This document shows positions 16,519 through 24,896 of a stretch of DNA of 32,000 nucleotides, in pieces. A model generated the notes under the pieces. It was given only the letters and a program-made list of their open reading frames with translations, had not been told where the DNA came from and searched no databases. The stretch is from Pyrodictium occultum (lineage in GTDB: Archaea; Thermoproteota; Thermoprotei_A; Sulfolobales; Pyrodictiaceae): the NCBI RefSeq assembly GCF_001462395.1, contig NZ_LNTB01000001.1:1230001-1262000 (forward strand). The letters are read 5' to 3'. Numbering within the stretch: position 1 is the stretch's first letter; each line of letters starts with the position of its first letter. A program made the translations under genes and the position numbers.

Positions 16519-16757
16519 GCCGCGGCGAGGCGGACGAGGCCCTACGCCTCCTAGACGAGGCTATGGCCCTTCTGGAGCTCGTGGAGAAGTCTGTAGGCGA
16601 GCTGGCTGAGGCGGCAAGCAGCGGGGAGCGCGTGAGCCCGGGGAGCGTCTATTCCACCTACACCTCCCTGGTTAGGCTCCGCGACAAGCTTGCCGAGCTA
16701 CGGGGTGTACTCTACAGCCTCGCCTCCAGGGGCTGCGGAGCCGGGGACCCCGCTTAA
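16515..16757 (+). CDS. Hypothetical small helical protein, translationally coupled to the PNP-like gene
   Basis: 80 aa. ATGA start/stop overlap (16515-16518). Ala/Glu/Leu-rich, predicted helical. No motif recognised. Confidence 0.4.
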   Translation: MSRGEADEALRLLDEAMALLELVEKSVGELAEAASSGERVSPGSVYSTYTSLVRLRDKLAELRGVLYSLASRGCGAGDPA

Positions 16758-16828
16758 ATACCGCGAGGAGAGGTTTTGCAGCACCGCAGTGTACTCGTGG
16801 AAACCGGTGCCAGCGGCGGTGCTGAGGC

Positions 16829-17491
16829 GTGCACGGGCGGCTCCTAGCCCCCCTAGACCTGGCGAGACGGCTTAGCAGGGCAGCCGCGCTAGCCGCAGCG
16901 GTGCTCTTCGCTTCCTCGCTAGCGCTCCTCGCGCTGGGCCTGCCCGGCCCCGCGCTGGCGCTATGGCTCGCCGCCGGGGCCTCGGCCGGCACGGTCTCCT
17001 ACCTCTCCTCGTCCTACGTCTACAGGCTCGCGGGCATCTTGCTGGAGCGCGCCGGGGAGGCTGAGGAGCCGGCGCCCCGACCCCTCTTCGACCCCTTGAC
17101 GGGGGCCCTCGCCACGATAGTGGCGCCGCCCGCCGCGGCGCTAGTGGCCAAGGGCTCTATCGAGTGGCTGGGCCAGCTCCTGGACTGGGTGCTGCAGGCG
17201 ATGCCTGAAGCCCAGCAGGTGGTGGAGAAGGAGGCTCCCATCGCCCCGGTGAGCCCCGGGCTCTACGCCGCTGCCGCCACAGTCGTGGGGCTCCCGCTGC
17301 TCGTGGAGCCGCTCTGGAGGCTGCTAGGCGGGCTGGCCTGCCTCAGCCTCCGAGTGCTAGCCGCCAGGGACCCCATGCTTAGGGACAAGCCATGCACGGG
17401 TGATCTTATAGAAATAGTGGTCTGGTCCAAGCCGCTCTACGACGCCCTCAACTCTAAGCTGTTTTCGGAAAAGTGGAGCATCAAGGACTAG
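16829..17491 (+). CDS. Hypothetical membrane protein
   Basis: 220 aa with GTG start and GC3-rich codons. At least two N-terminal hydrophobic spans (AAALAAAVLFASSLALLALGL; ALALWLAAGASAGTVSYL) and later ones. The 3' end overlaps the convergent gene by 135 nt. Confidence 0.42.
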   Translation: MHGRLLAPLDLARRLSRAAALAAAVLFASSLALLALGLPGPALALWLAAGASAGTVSYLSSSYVYRLAGILLERAGEAEEPAPRPLFDPLTGALATIVAPPAAALVAKGSIEWLGQLLDWVLQAMPEAQQVVEKEAPIAPVSPGLYAAAATVVGLPLLVEPLWRLLGGLACLSLRVLAARDPMLRDKPCTGDLIEIVVWSKPLYDALNSKLFSEKWSIKD

Positions 17492-18049
17492 TGTCTCCGC
17501 TTCCCCGCCCTCGAAGGCCGGGTTAAAGCCGTAGCGCCTCGCTCTCTCTATTATCTCCTCCACCGTCTCCTCGTCGAGAACTCTTCCAACGAGGCTCCCA
17601 GGGAGCCCGTAGGCCTGAACGCTCACCACCATCACCTTGAAGCCCTCGCGCACCAGGCTCCTCATGTACTCTACCTGGTTTATCCTCCAGAGCGGCGTAA
17701 AGATGCGGAGCCCCACCTCCTCGGCGGCGGCTGCAAACCTCAGCCTCTGGTAGTCGCTCAGCAGAGCCCCGGCAACCACCGCCTCGCAGCCCCGTCCACG
17801 GGCCCTACGCAGCACCTCCACAAGCCCCGCCTCTTCGTCCTCCCCGGCCTCGCCCTCGACCAGAGGCAGCTCCAGAGCCTCTGCCTGGAGCCTGGTGAGC
17901 TCCACGCCAGGATAGTGGAACAGCATGCTCGCCCAGCCCAGCCTCGGTCTAAGGGTCACCAGGCAGCAGACCTGGAAGCCGTGGAGCACCGCCCAGTGAA
18001 GCGCGTAGGTGCTGTCCTTCCCGCCGCTGAACATGCTGCAGGCCCGCAC
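17357..18049 (-). CDS. PP-loop ATP pyrophosphatase, MJ0570/Dph6 family (diphthine-ammonia ligase homologue)
   Basis: N-terminal MFSGGKDSTYAL PP-loop, 230-aa single-domain archaeal architecture. GTG start. Confidence 0.82.
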   Translation of the reverse strand: MRACSMFSGGKDSTYALHWAVLHGFQVCCLVTLRPRLGWASMLFHYPGVELTRLQAEALELPLVEGEAGEDEEAGLVEVLRRARGRGCEAVVAGALLSDYQRLRFAAAAEEVGLRIFTPLWRINQVEYMRSLVREGFKVMVVSVQAYGLPGSLVGRVLDEETVEEIIERARRYGFNPAFEGGEAETLVLDAPLFRKQLRVEGVVERLGPDHYFYKITRAWLVPKHGVPGG

Positions 18050-18141
18050 CCGCAGCCCCTGAGCATCCTGGCCGAGGCTCAGCGTCCTTTAACCCCAGGA
18101 GGGCCATCCAGGCTGTATGCCGGGGCGCGAAGGGGTGAGGG

Positions 18142-21100
18142 ATGGCAGGCTCCAGGGTGGCGGCGGCGCTGAGGAGCCTGGGCTACGAGATACTGGTCTG
18201 GGAGGAGCCCGGCGAGGAGCCTGAGCAGGCCGGCAAGACCTTCGCCGACGTGGCCCCCTCCCTCCGGGGCCATGAGAAGGCGGGGCTCCGCCTCTACAGG
18301 CACCAGCTGGAGGCCGTGGAGGCCCTCTCCTCCGGGATGAACGTGGTGCTCACAGCGAGGACGGGCTCCGGCAAGACTGAGGCCTGGGCCCTGGCGGCGC
18401 TCCGGGAGGGCTGGCGGGTTCTAGCGGTCTACCCCACCCTGGCCCTCGCCGCCGACCAGATTAGGAGACTCGAGAGCTACTACGCCGCCGCCGGGCTCCC
18501 CGGGGCGGTGGTGAGGATAGACCGGCCGAGCCTCGAGAGAAGGGGGCGCCGGGGCGAGGAGCTGCTAAGGCTGCTGGCCTCCGCGCGGATTGTTGTAACT
18601 AACCCGGCCTTCCTCCTTGCAGAGATGAAGAGGCTCGCGGTCCACCCCAACCGGGCCCTGCTGGAGGACTACCTCTCCCACGTGGACCTCCTGGTGTTCG
18701 ACGAGCTAGACTTCTACGGGCCCCGCGGCGCCCACCTACTCCTAGCCATAGTGGAACTTGTCTCCAGGCATCTGGCCTCCAAGCCCCCGAGGGTGGTGGT
18801 GCTCTCTGCCACCCTGGGCAACCCGGGAGAGCTGGCCTCCCTGCTGACCAGGATCACCGGCAGGGAGACGAGGGTTATCGAGGGCAAGCCGTTCAAGACC
18901 CCTAACAGGATGATAGTCGTTATAGGCAAGGGGGTCGAGGCGCTCCGGGACTACATACGCGCGTACTCGAGCGTAATAGCCTCCCGGGCCCCCTGGATAC
19001 TCGACATGCTCCACAACGAGGAGGAGTTCCGCGAGCACTTGTACGAGGTCTACGAGGCCCTAGAAGCGATAGGCCTCCGGCCCCCCAGGCCCGGCCTTGA
19101 CCCGGTGGAGGTGCTCCAGGCCGTCCTCGAGGCCTCGGAGCCCGGCACGGTGACCCTGGTCTTCACCAGGAGCATCAGGATGGCTGAGCGGCTCTACCGG
19201 AGGCTGATAGAGAGGCTTCCGGCGGAGAAACAGAGGCTCGTCGGGGTCCACCACCACCTGGTGCCGAAGCAGAGGCGTGAGGCGCTCGAGGAGGCGGCGC
19301 GGAGAGGCAAGATAGCCATGATAATAACGGTGCGCACGCTCGCCCAGGGCATAGACATTGGGAGTGTTAAGCGCGTAGTTCATGTCGGGCTGCCTAGCGA
19401 TCTCAGGGAGTTCATGCAGAGGGAGGGGAGGAAGGGGAGGCGCCGCGAGCTGGGGGTCACCGAGACTGTGGTGGTGCCCTCCGGGCTATGGGACCGGAAG
19501 CTGCTGGAGGCCGGGGGCTCGGCGCTGAAGCAGTGGCTTAGCCTGCCCCTCGAGAAGCTCTACATAAACCCGTCGAATGCCTACGCCAGGATATTCAGCG
19601 CCATGTGGAAGCTTCTCCGCGGCCTTCCCGTCGAGCCCGGGGAGGAGAGGCTCCTCTGTGAGCTAGGCCTCGTGGAGGAGTACCAGTCGCTGAGCGGTGG
19701 CAGGCTCACCCTCAGCCGCAAGGGATGGGCATTCTGGAACGACCTGGGCTTCTACGAGCACGGCCCTCCATACGGCTACCGCAAGGTCTTGGTGAGGGCT
19801 GGCAAGGAGACGGTGCTGCGGAACGAGGAGGTCTCCCATCGGGACGTGGTGGAGAAGTACCAGCCCGGCACCTATGACCCGGTCAGCGAGTCCATAGTGG
19901 TGCGGGTTGAGCCCAGAGAGCTGAGGATCTACGAGCAGCCCCCCGAGGAGGCGGTGGAGGAGCACGACTGGCTGGCTCGAGCCCTGGCGAGGTATGAGGA
20001 CCTCAAGAGGGCCTGGGGCGAGAGGCCGGAGTTTAACAACGACCTCCGCTATGGCAGGATATTCACCGTGGCCGTTCTCAACGTCTCCGCCCCAACGGGC
20101 GGCTTCGGAGAGCTTGTAGAGGAGCCCGTAGAGGTCGAGTGGCTGGTCGAGAGCCGCCGCCCGCGCCTCGCCGGCCGGGCCGGCGGGATGGTGAGGGTCT
20201 ACCACGAGGTCGCCTCGCTGGAGCTGAACGCCCCGGTGGCCGGCAGGTACCGGGACTACACCTATGGCTATGTCTTTGAGGCTCCCGGCGTGATCTCCTC
20301 AGAGGACCTCCGCCTCGGCCTGGCAGCCCTCCTAGTCTACCTCCGCCTCGACCCCGGCTACGCCATCCCCCTAGGCCTGATAAGATACAGGGTGGTCTCC
20401 GTCGGGCCGGTTAAGCTGATCCACCTCTGGGAGCAGGAGGCGGCAGGTCTGCTCGAGTCCCTCGACTGGATGGAGGTGGCGGAGAAGGTGGAGCGCTTCG
20501 ACTACCCGGGCATAACGGTCCCCCTCCTGGCCGCCATCGACCCATCCTCTGCGGTGAGGGTGATGAGGGGTGAGGTCCCTGTCGAGAGGCTCCGCGAGCT
20601 AGCAGCCCACGCGGCCAGGGTTGTTGCCGGCTCCCGGGCCGTCCGGGCTGGGGGTGTTGTTGTCGAGCATCCGAGGCCCTCGAAGAGCCACGGCATAGGA
20701 GCGGTGGCGGCAGTGTACGAGACCCTGGAGGCCGACGGCAAGACCGTGTCGGTCGCGGCGGTGGCTAGCTACGATGGAGAGCGGATGGAGGTTGACAGCT
20801 ACCGTGGCGGCATTGGGCTAGACTCCTCCGCCCAGCTGGCAAGGATGGCCCTTAAGCACCTGGACCGGCTGCTCAGCCAGGGGCTCCGCGTAGCCTACTA
20901 CGGGCAGGAGCAGCGGAACATGTTCATCCGCCTCCTCGCGGGCAGCTACACTGGCGTGATGGCGCTCCGGGCGGCGGAGCAGGAGGGCCGCCTGGTGGAC
21001 GCGGCTGAGAGGGCTAGCAGGCTCGCCGGCGATACCCCTCTCCTCACCCTCGTGGAGCCCAGGGTTAGGAGCTACCTCGAGTGGGCCAACAAGGCGAAGG

Positions 21101-21273
21101 CCCGCCGCGACCCTGAGGAGCTTGAGAACGCGCTGCGCAGCCTAGCCTCAGCGATGACCGCTGCGGCCTACAGGATCCTCCTGGCGGCGGAGAAGGGGAG
21201 GATCAGGGTGGAGACCGGAAGCCGCAGTGAAGCCTCGGCCGGGGCCGGAGACCGGAGAGATACTCGTAGATGA
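18142..21273 (+). CDS. Large SF2 DEAD/DEAH-box helicase, YprA/MrfA/Hrq1/DrmA-like core with divergent C-terminal half
   Basis: 1043 aa. LYRHQLEAVEAL, Walker A ARTGSGKTEA, YPTLALAADQ, VVTNPAFLL, motif II VFDELDFYGPRGAH, LSATL and motif VI QREGRKGRR. GGTGA Shine-Dalgarno before the ATG. Confidence 0.85.
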   Translation: MAGSRVAAALRSLGYEILVWEEPGEEPEQAGKTFADVAPSLRGHEKAGLRLYRHQLEAVEALSSGMNVVLTARTGSGKTEAWALAALREGWRVLAVYPTLALAADQIRRLESYYAAAGLPGAVVRIDRPSLERRGRRGEELLRLLASARIVVTNPAFLLAEMKRLAVHPNRALLEDYLSHVDLLVFDELDFYGPRGAHLLLAIVELVSRHLASKPPRVVVLSATLGNPGELASLLTRITGRETRVIEGKPFKTPNRMIVVIGKGVEALRDYIRAYSSVIASRAPWILDMLHNEEEFREHLYEVYEALEAIGLRPPRPGLDPVEVLQAVLEASEPGTVTLVFTRSIRMAERLYRRLIERLPAEKQRLVGVHHHLVPKQRREALEEAARRGKIAMIITVRTLAQGIDIGSVKRVVHVGLPSDLREFMQREGRKGRRRELGVTETVVVPSGLWDRKLLEAGGSALKQWLSLPLEKLYINPSNAYARIFSAMWKLLRGLPVEPGEERLLCELGLVEEYQSLSGGRLTLSRKGWAFWNDLGFYEHGPPYGYRKVLVRAGKETVLRNEEVSHRDVVEKYQPGTYDPVSESIVVRVEPRELRIYEQPPEEAVEEHDWLARALARYEDLKRAWGERPEFNNDLRYGRIFTVAVLNVSAPTGGFGELVEEPVEVEWLVESRRPRLAGRAGGMVRVYHEVASLELNAPVAGRYRDYTYGYVFEAPGVISSEDLRLGLAALLVYLRLDPGYAIPLGLIRYRVVSVGPVKLIHLWEQEAAGLLESLDWMEVAEKVERFDYPGITVPLLAAIDPSSAVRVMRGEVPVERLRELAAHAARVVAGSRAVRAGGVVVEHPRPSKSHGIGAVAAVYETLEADGKTVSVAAVASYDGERMEVDSYRGGIGLDSSAQLARMALKHLDRLLSQGLRVAYYGQEQRNMFIRLLAGSYTGVMALRAAEQEGRLVDAAERASRLAGDTPLLTLVEPRVRSYLEWANKAKARRDPEELENALRSLASAMTAAAYRILLAAEKGRIRVETGSRSEASAGAGDRRDTRR

Positions 21274-22117
21274 GCCTCGCCACAGCATTCACCACCAGGT
21301 CGGCGGCAGAGCCGGGCCCGGCCCCGGCTAGGAGCCGCCACAGCTCCTCCTCCGCCCCGGGGTCGCCCCGCGCGGCCCGTAGCCACAGCTCCCGGGTCAC
21401 CCGGCCGGACTTCCTCGAGACCAGGAGATCGCCCTCCAGGCCTGCCAGCAGGTAGGTTGCCCTCCTCACCCCCCGGCCGAGACATTCCTCCTCTAGCAGC
21501 GTAGGCAACGCCATGCCCAGGCTGAGCCTCATCATCCCCGCAGCGTCCCTGGAGACCGGGTCGTAGAGGGAGGCCTTCTCCAGCAGCTCCCTGAGCGTCA
21601 CCCTCTTCTCCCACACCTCCATTATGGAGAGCCTGCCGTCCACCTCGGGGAGCCCGCTCCAGGAGATGCGGGCCAGGTAGCTCGGCGAGGCCAGCTGGAG
21701 CCCCCGGTAGAAGGCTGCTGCAGCCTCCACCCCGCCGGCGTCCACGGCGAGTCCCGTCGACGCCATCACGGCCTCTAGGCTCCTCCTCCCCCGCGCCTCG
21801 GCGTAGCCCAGGCCGGCGGCCTGGAGGGTGAGCAGGAAGAGGCTCCCGAGCCCCGGGTTCCCCCAGGCAGCCGCCATGTCCTCGACGGCGGCTAGCCAGC
21901 AGCCCGGCCAGGCGCCCAGCTCGCCCGCGGCGGCTGCGAGGCAGCTGCAGAGGCAGGCCTCGTAGGCGAGGCCCGTGAGCCCCGCGAATGCTAGGGGGTC
22001 CAGGTCTCTACGGGGCCGCTGGAAGCTCGTGAGCCCCGGCCTCGGCACCGCAGCGTCCACTGCCACGGCGGCCGAGCAGGCGCGGGCGAAGAGGCGGCAG
22101 GCTACCTCCGGCTCCAA
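21203..22117 (-). CDS. CitG/MdcB-like triphosphoribosyl-dephospho-CoA synthase family protein (COG1767)
   Basis: 304 aa. VDAAVPRPGLTSFQRPRRDLDPLAF resembles the E..ltPKPGLVdr...H.DMd..lF motif, and NPGLGSLFLLTLQAAG resembles N.hkG.if.lgll. The 16-nt overlap with the upstream amidohydrolase gene implies an operon. Confidence 0.6.
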   Translation of the reverse strand: MEPEVACRLFARACSAAVAVDAAVPRPGLTSFQRPRRDLDPLAFAGLTGLAYEACLCSCLAAAAGELGAWPGCWLAAVEDMAAAWGNPGLGSLFLLTLQAAGLGYAEARGRRSLEAVMASTGLAVDAGGVEAAAAFYRGLQLASPSYLARISWSGLPEVDGRLSIMEVWEKRVTLRELLEKASLYDPVSRDAAGMMRLSLGMALPTLLEEECLGRGVRRATYLLAGLEGDLLVSRKSGRVTRELWLRAARGDPGAEEELWRLLAGAGPGSAADLVVNAVARLIYEYLSGLRPRPRLHCGFRSPP

Positions 22118-23655
22118 GCCAGCTCTCCCGCCACCAGGGTCTCCTCAACCCTCAGCCCGGGCAGCTCCTCCACATCCACCTCGAGGGGGTCGCGGTCCAG
22201 GACAGCTATGTCGGCGTAGCAGCCGGGCTCCAGGCACCCCGCCCTGGTCTCGCCGAGCACCATGGCGGAGCCCGCCGTGTAGAGGTGGAGCGCGGTCTCC
22301 ACGTCGAGCGCCTCCTCCCTGCTGTACTCGGCCAGGCTGCCCCTGGTGACGGCTGCATGCACCCCCTCGAGCGGGTTAACGGGCTCCACCGGTGCGTCGC
22401 TGGAGAAGCCCAGGGCTACCCCGGCGGAGAGCATGCTGCGGAACGGGTAGAGCCACCTGGCCCTCCGGGGGCCCAGCCTCTCGGCAGCCCAGTAGTCGCT
22501 CGCCAGGAACCTGGGCTGCACTGCCGCCCTGACGCCCAGCGAGGCCATCCGCTCTATGAGATCCGGGGGCGCGAGGCTGGCGTGCTCTATCCTGCACCTG
22601 CAGCCCGCCGCAGCCATGCCCCTCAGCGCCTCCTCGACGGCGGCGTCGCCTATAGCGTGGACCGCCAGGTCTAGGCCCCAGCGTCTAGCCCTCTCCGCGA
22701 GCCTGGCTAGCTCCCCGGCTGAGAGGAGCCTCCTTCCCCGGGCTCCGGGGTCATCGCTGTAGGGCTCCCGGAGCCATGCGGTCCTGGCCCCGAGGCTCCC
22801 GTCCATGTAGGCCTTGACCCCTGCTACGCGGAGCATCTCGTCGCCCAGTGCTGGGACCGCCCCGACCCGGTCGAGCTGGGTGAACAGCTCGCTGGAGAGG
22901 TAGACGCGGAGCCTGATGGCCAGGAGCCCGAGCCTCCACGCCAAGACGAGGCCCTGGAACCCGTGGGCGTCAACGTCCATGGCGCCTGCCATGGTTACGC
23001 CGTTGCGCAGCGCCTCGCTAGCTCCTTCGAGCACCAGCTGGACCGGGTCAATGCTCCTCACCGCCTCCCGGTACGCCTTGGCGGCGAGCTCCTCGAACAC
23101 TATCCCCGTAGGCTTGCCGTCGCAGCCCCTGTCCACCAGCGGGCTGTCGGAGTCGAGGAGCCCCAGCAGCTTCATGGCTCGCGTGTTGAGCGCGGCTGCG
23201 TGGCCGCAGACGCGGAGGAGGACCACGGGCTTATCCCCGACGGCCTCGTCCAGCTCGTAGCGGGTCGGCCAGCCCCCGAGCCTCTCCTGGTCCCAGCCCC
23301 TGCCCAGCACCCAGCCGGTGAACCTCCCGGCCTCCCTCGCCACCTTCTCCAGCAGCTCCTCCATAGACTCCACGTCGGTGAGGTCTATTGAGTACTTGGC
23401 AGCTCCCAGCCCCGCCACGTGGAGGTGGGCGTCCACGAACCCGGGCAGGGCTACGCCGCCGGCCTCCATGACCCGCGGGCGGCCGCAGCCCGTGGCGCCC
23501 GCTATCTCCCTCGCCACCCGGGCGGCCTCGGCGGCGTAGCCCGCGTAGACCACCCTCCCCCCGTGTAGAGCCAGCGCCTCCACATACCTGGTCGGCTTGA
23601 ACCCGGTGTAGATCCTCTCGGCTGTAAATACAACGGGGCAGCTGCCGCCGGGCAA
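22102..23655 (-). CDS. Metal-dependent amidohydrolase, Amidohydro_3 / YtcJ-like
   Basis: 517 aa, TTG start. LPGFVDAHLHVAGLG, AVHAIGDAAV, CRIEHASL and GFSSDAPVEP form a full set of family metal-ligand motifs. Confidence 0.85.
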   Translation of the reverse strand: MPGGSCPVVFTAERIYTGFKPTRYVEALALHGGRVVYAGYAAEAARVAREIAGATGCGRPRVMEAGGVALPGFVDAHLHVAGLGAAKYSIDLTDVESMEELLEKVAREAGRFTGWVLGRGWDQERLGGWPTRYELDEAVGDKPVVLLRVCGHAAALNTRAMKLLGLLDSDSPLVDRGCDGKPTGIVFEELAAKAYREAVRSIDPVQLVLEGASEALRNGVTMAGAMDVDAHGFQGLVLAWRLGLLAIRLRVYLSSELFTQLDRVGAVPALGDEMLRVAGVKAYMDGSLGARTAWLREPYSDDPGARGRRLLSAGELARLAERARRWGLDLAVHAIGDAAVEEALRGMAAAGCRCRIEHASLAPPDLIERMASLGVRAAVQPRFLASDYWAAERLGPRRARWLYPFRSMLSAGVALGFSSDAPVEPVNPLEGVHAAVTRGSLAEYSREEALDVETALHLYTAGSAMVLGETRAGCLEPGCYADIAVLDRDPLEVDVEELPGLRVEETLVAGELAWSRR

Positions 23656-23819
23656 GCTCCTCCAAGCCCCGGCTGGAACAAACCCTGAGGGCTCCCCTCT
23701 ATACCGCGCGGCTAGCCGGCCGGAGGCTAGATACCTGGGTGCCCCGAGGGCTCCTCCCCAGGGGGCCTCTGTGGGAACAGCCAGGCGCCCCGGGATAACG
23801 GGGGAGGCGTGACGCCGGC

Positions 23820-24872
23820 ATGCCTATGTGCATCCGCTGCGGCCGAGAGGTGGATAGGCTGGTAGACGGGAGGCTCTGCCCCAGCTGCTACCTCGAGCTC
23901 CACGGGCTCGGGAAGCCGCCGGAGCGGCTGAGCATAGTAGTCTGCCCCAGGTGCGGGAGCTACCGGTACCAGGGCAGGTGGCTCCCCCCGCCCGGCGGGG
24001 GGCTAGAGGAGGTGGCAGCCCTCCTCTTTCAGGCCAGCTTCCGGCCCTCGGAGCACACCGAGTACTATCGGGTCGAGGAGGCCAGTATAGACTACGAGAC
24101 GGGCAGGGCGGTCGTGAGGGCGGCCGGCCGGCTCAGGGGAGTCGACGAGGAGGTCTCGGTAGTCTACACCGTGCCCATTGTCGTCAGGAAGCAGCTCTGC
24201 CCCGTCTGCTTCCAGAAGGCGGCCGGCTCCCCCGCGGCGATAGTGCAGGTAAGGGGCCCCGGCGGCCGGCTCAGCGAGGAGGAGCGAGAAGCGGTAGAGG
24301 ATGTTATGAGCGAGCTCGACGACTACATAGCGGATGCTATACTCTCGGTGGACGAGCTGAGGGAGGGGATAGACCTCAAGCTGCTCGACCAGAACGCGGC
24401 CCGCGCCCTAGCGGCGAAGCTGCGCAGCAAGCTCGCGGCCCGAGTCAAGGAGAGCCACAAGGTTGTGGGGAGGAGGAACGACGGCCGCAGGGTATCGAGG
24501 CTAACCCTCTCCGTCCGCCTCCCATTCTTCAAGCCAGGCAACATAGTCGAGTACCAGGGCGAGCTAGCTAGGGTAGAGGAGATAGACAAGGGCTACGTGC
24601 TCATCCGCAGGCTTGGCGGCCGCAGGCTCCACCGCCTAACAGTGGAGGACGCCTGGAGGCTCCTAAGCGAGCCTAGGCTCGACGACCACCGCCGCGTCAT
24701 GGTGGTGGCGCTGGAGCCGGGCTGGGTGCACCTCCAGTACCTCGACGGAGGCTACGAGTACCTCGAGATACCCAGGAGCGGGCTGAGAGTCGAGGGCGAG
24801 CTGCGGGAGGGCGTGGAGGCAGAGCTACTCATACATAAAAACCACTACTACCTAATACCCCGCCGGGAGTAG
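23820..24872 (+). CDS. NMD3-family protein (archaeal homologue of the 60S export adaptor)
   Basis: 350 aa. N-terminal Cys pairs CIRCG, CPSC, CPRCGS and later CPVC, followed by NMD3-like beta-rich domains. Confidence 0.82.
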   Translation: MPMCIRCGREVDRLVDGRLCPSCYLELHGLGKPPERLSIVVCPRCGSYRYQGRWLPPPGGGLEEVAALLFQASFRPSEHTEYYRVEEASIDYETGRAVVRAAGRLRGVDEEVSVVYTVPIVVRKQLCPVCFQKAAGSPAAIVQVRGPGGRLSEEEREAVEDVMSELDDYIADAILSVDELREGIDLKLLDQNAARALAAKLRSKLAARVKESHKVVGRRNDGRRVSRLTLSVRLPFFKPGNIVEYQGELARVEEIDKGYVLIRRLGGRRLHRLTVEDAWRLLSEPRLDDHRRVMVVALEPGWVHLQYLDGGYEYLEIPRSGLRVEGELREGVEAELLIHKNHYYLIPRRE

Positions 24873-24896
24873 CATCCTGGACCGCAGGAGAGGCGG

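Noticed and set aside
19663-20205. 180-aa antisense ORF inside the helicase gene. Similar cases: 14193-14714, 18742-19038, 19060-19383 and 25512-25997.
   Set aside because: Their composition is Pro/Arg/Gly/Ala/Leu-rich, typical of non-coding frames of GC-rich genes. Each lies wholly within a gene that has strong family motifs.
23951-24571. 206-aa same-strand alternative-frame ORF within NMD3
   Set aside because: Its extreme Arg/Gly/Pro content looks like a frame artefact. The NMD3 frame carries the conserved Cys clusters.
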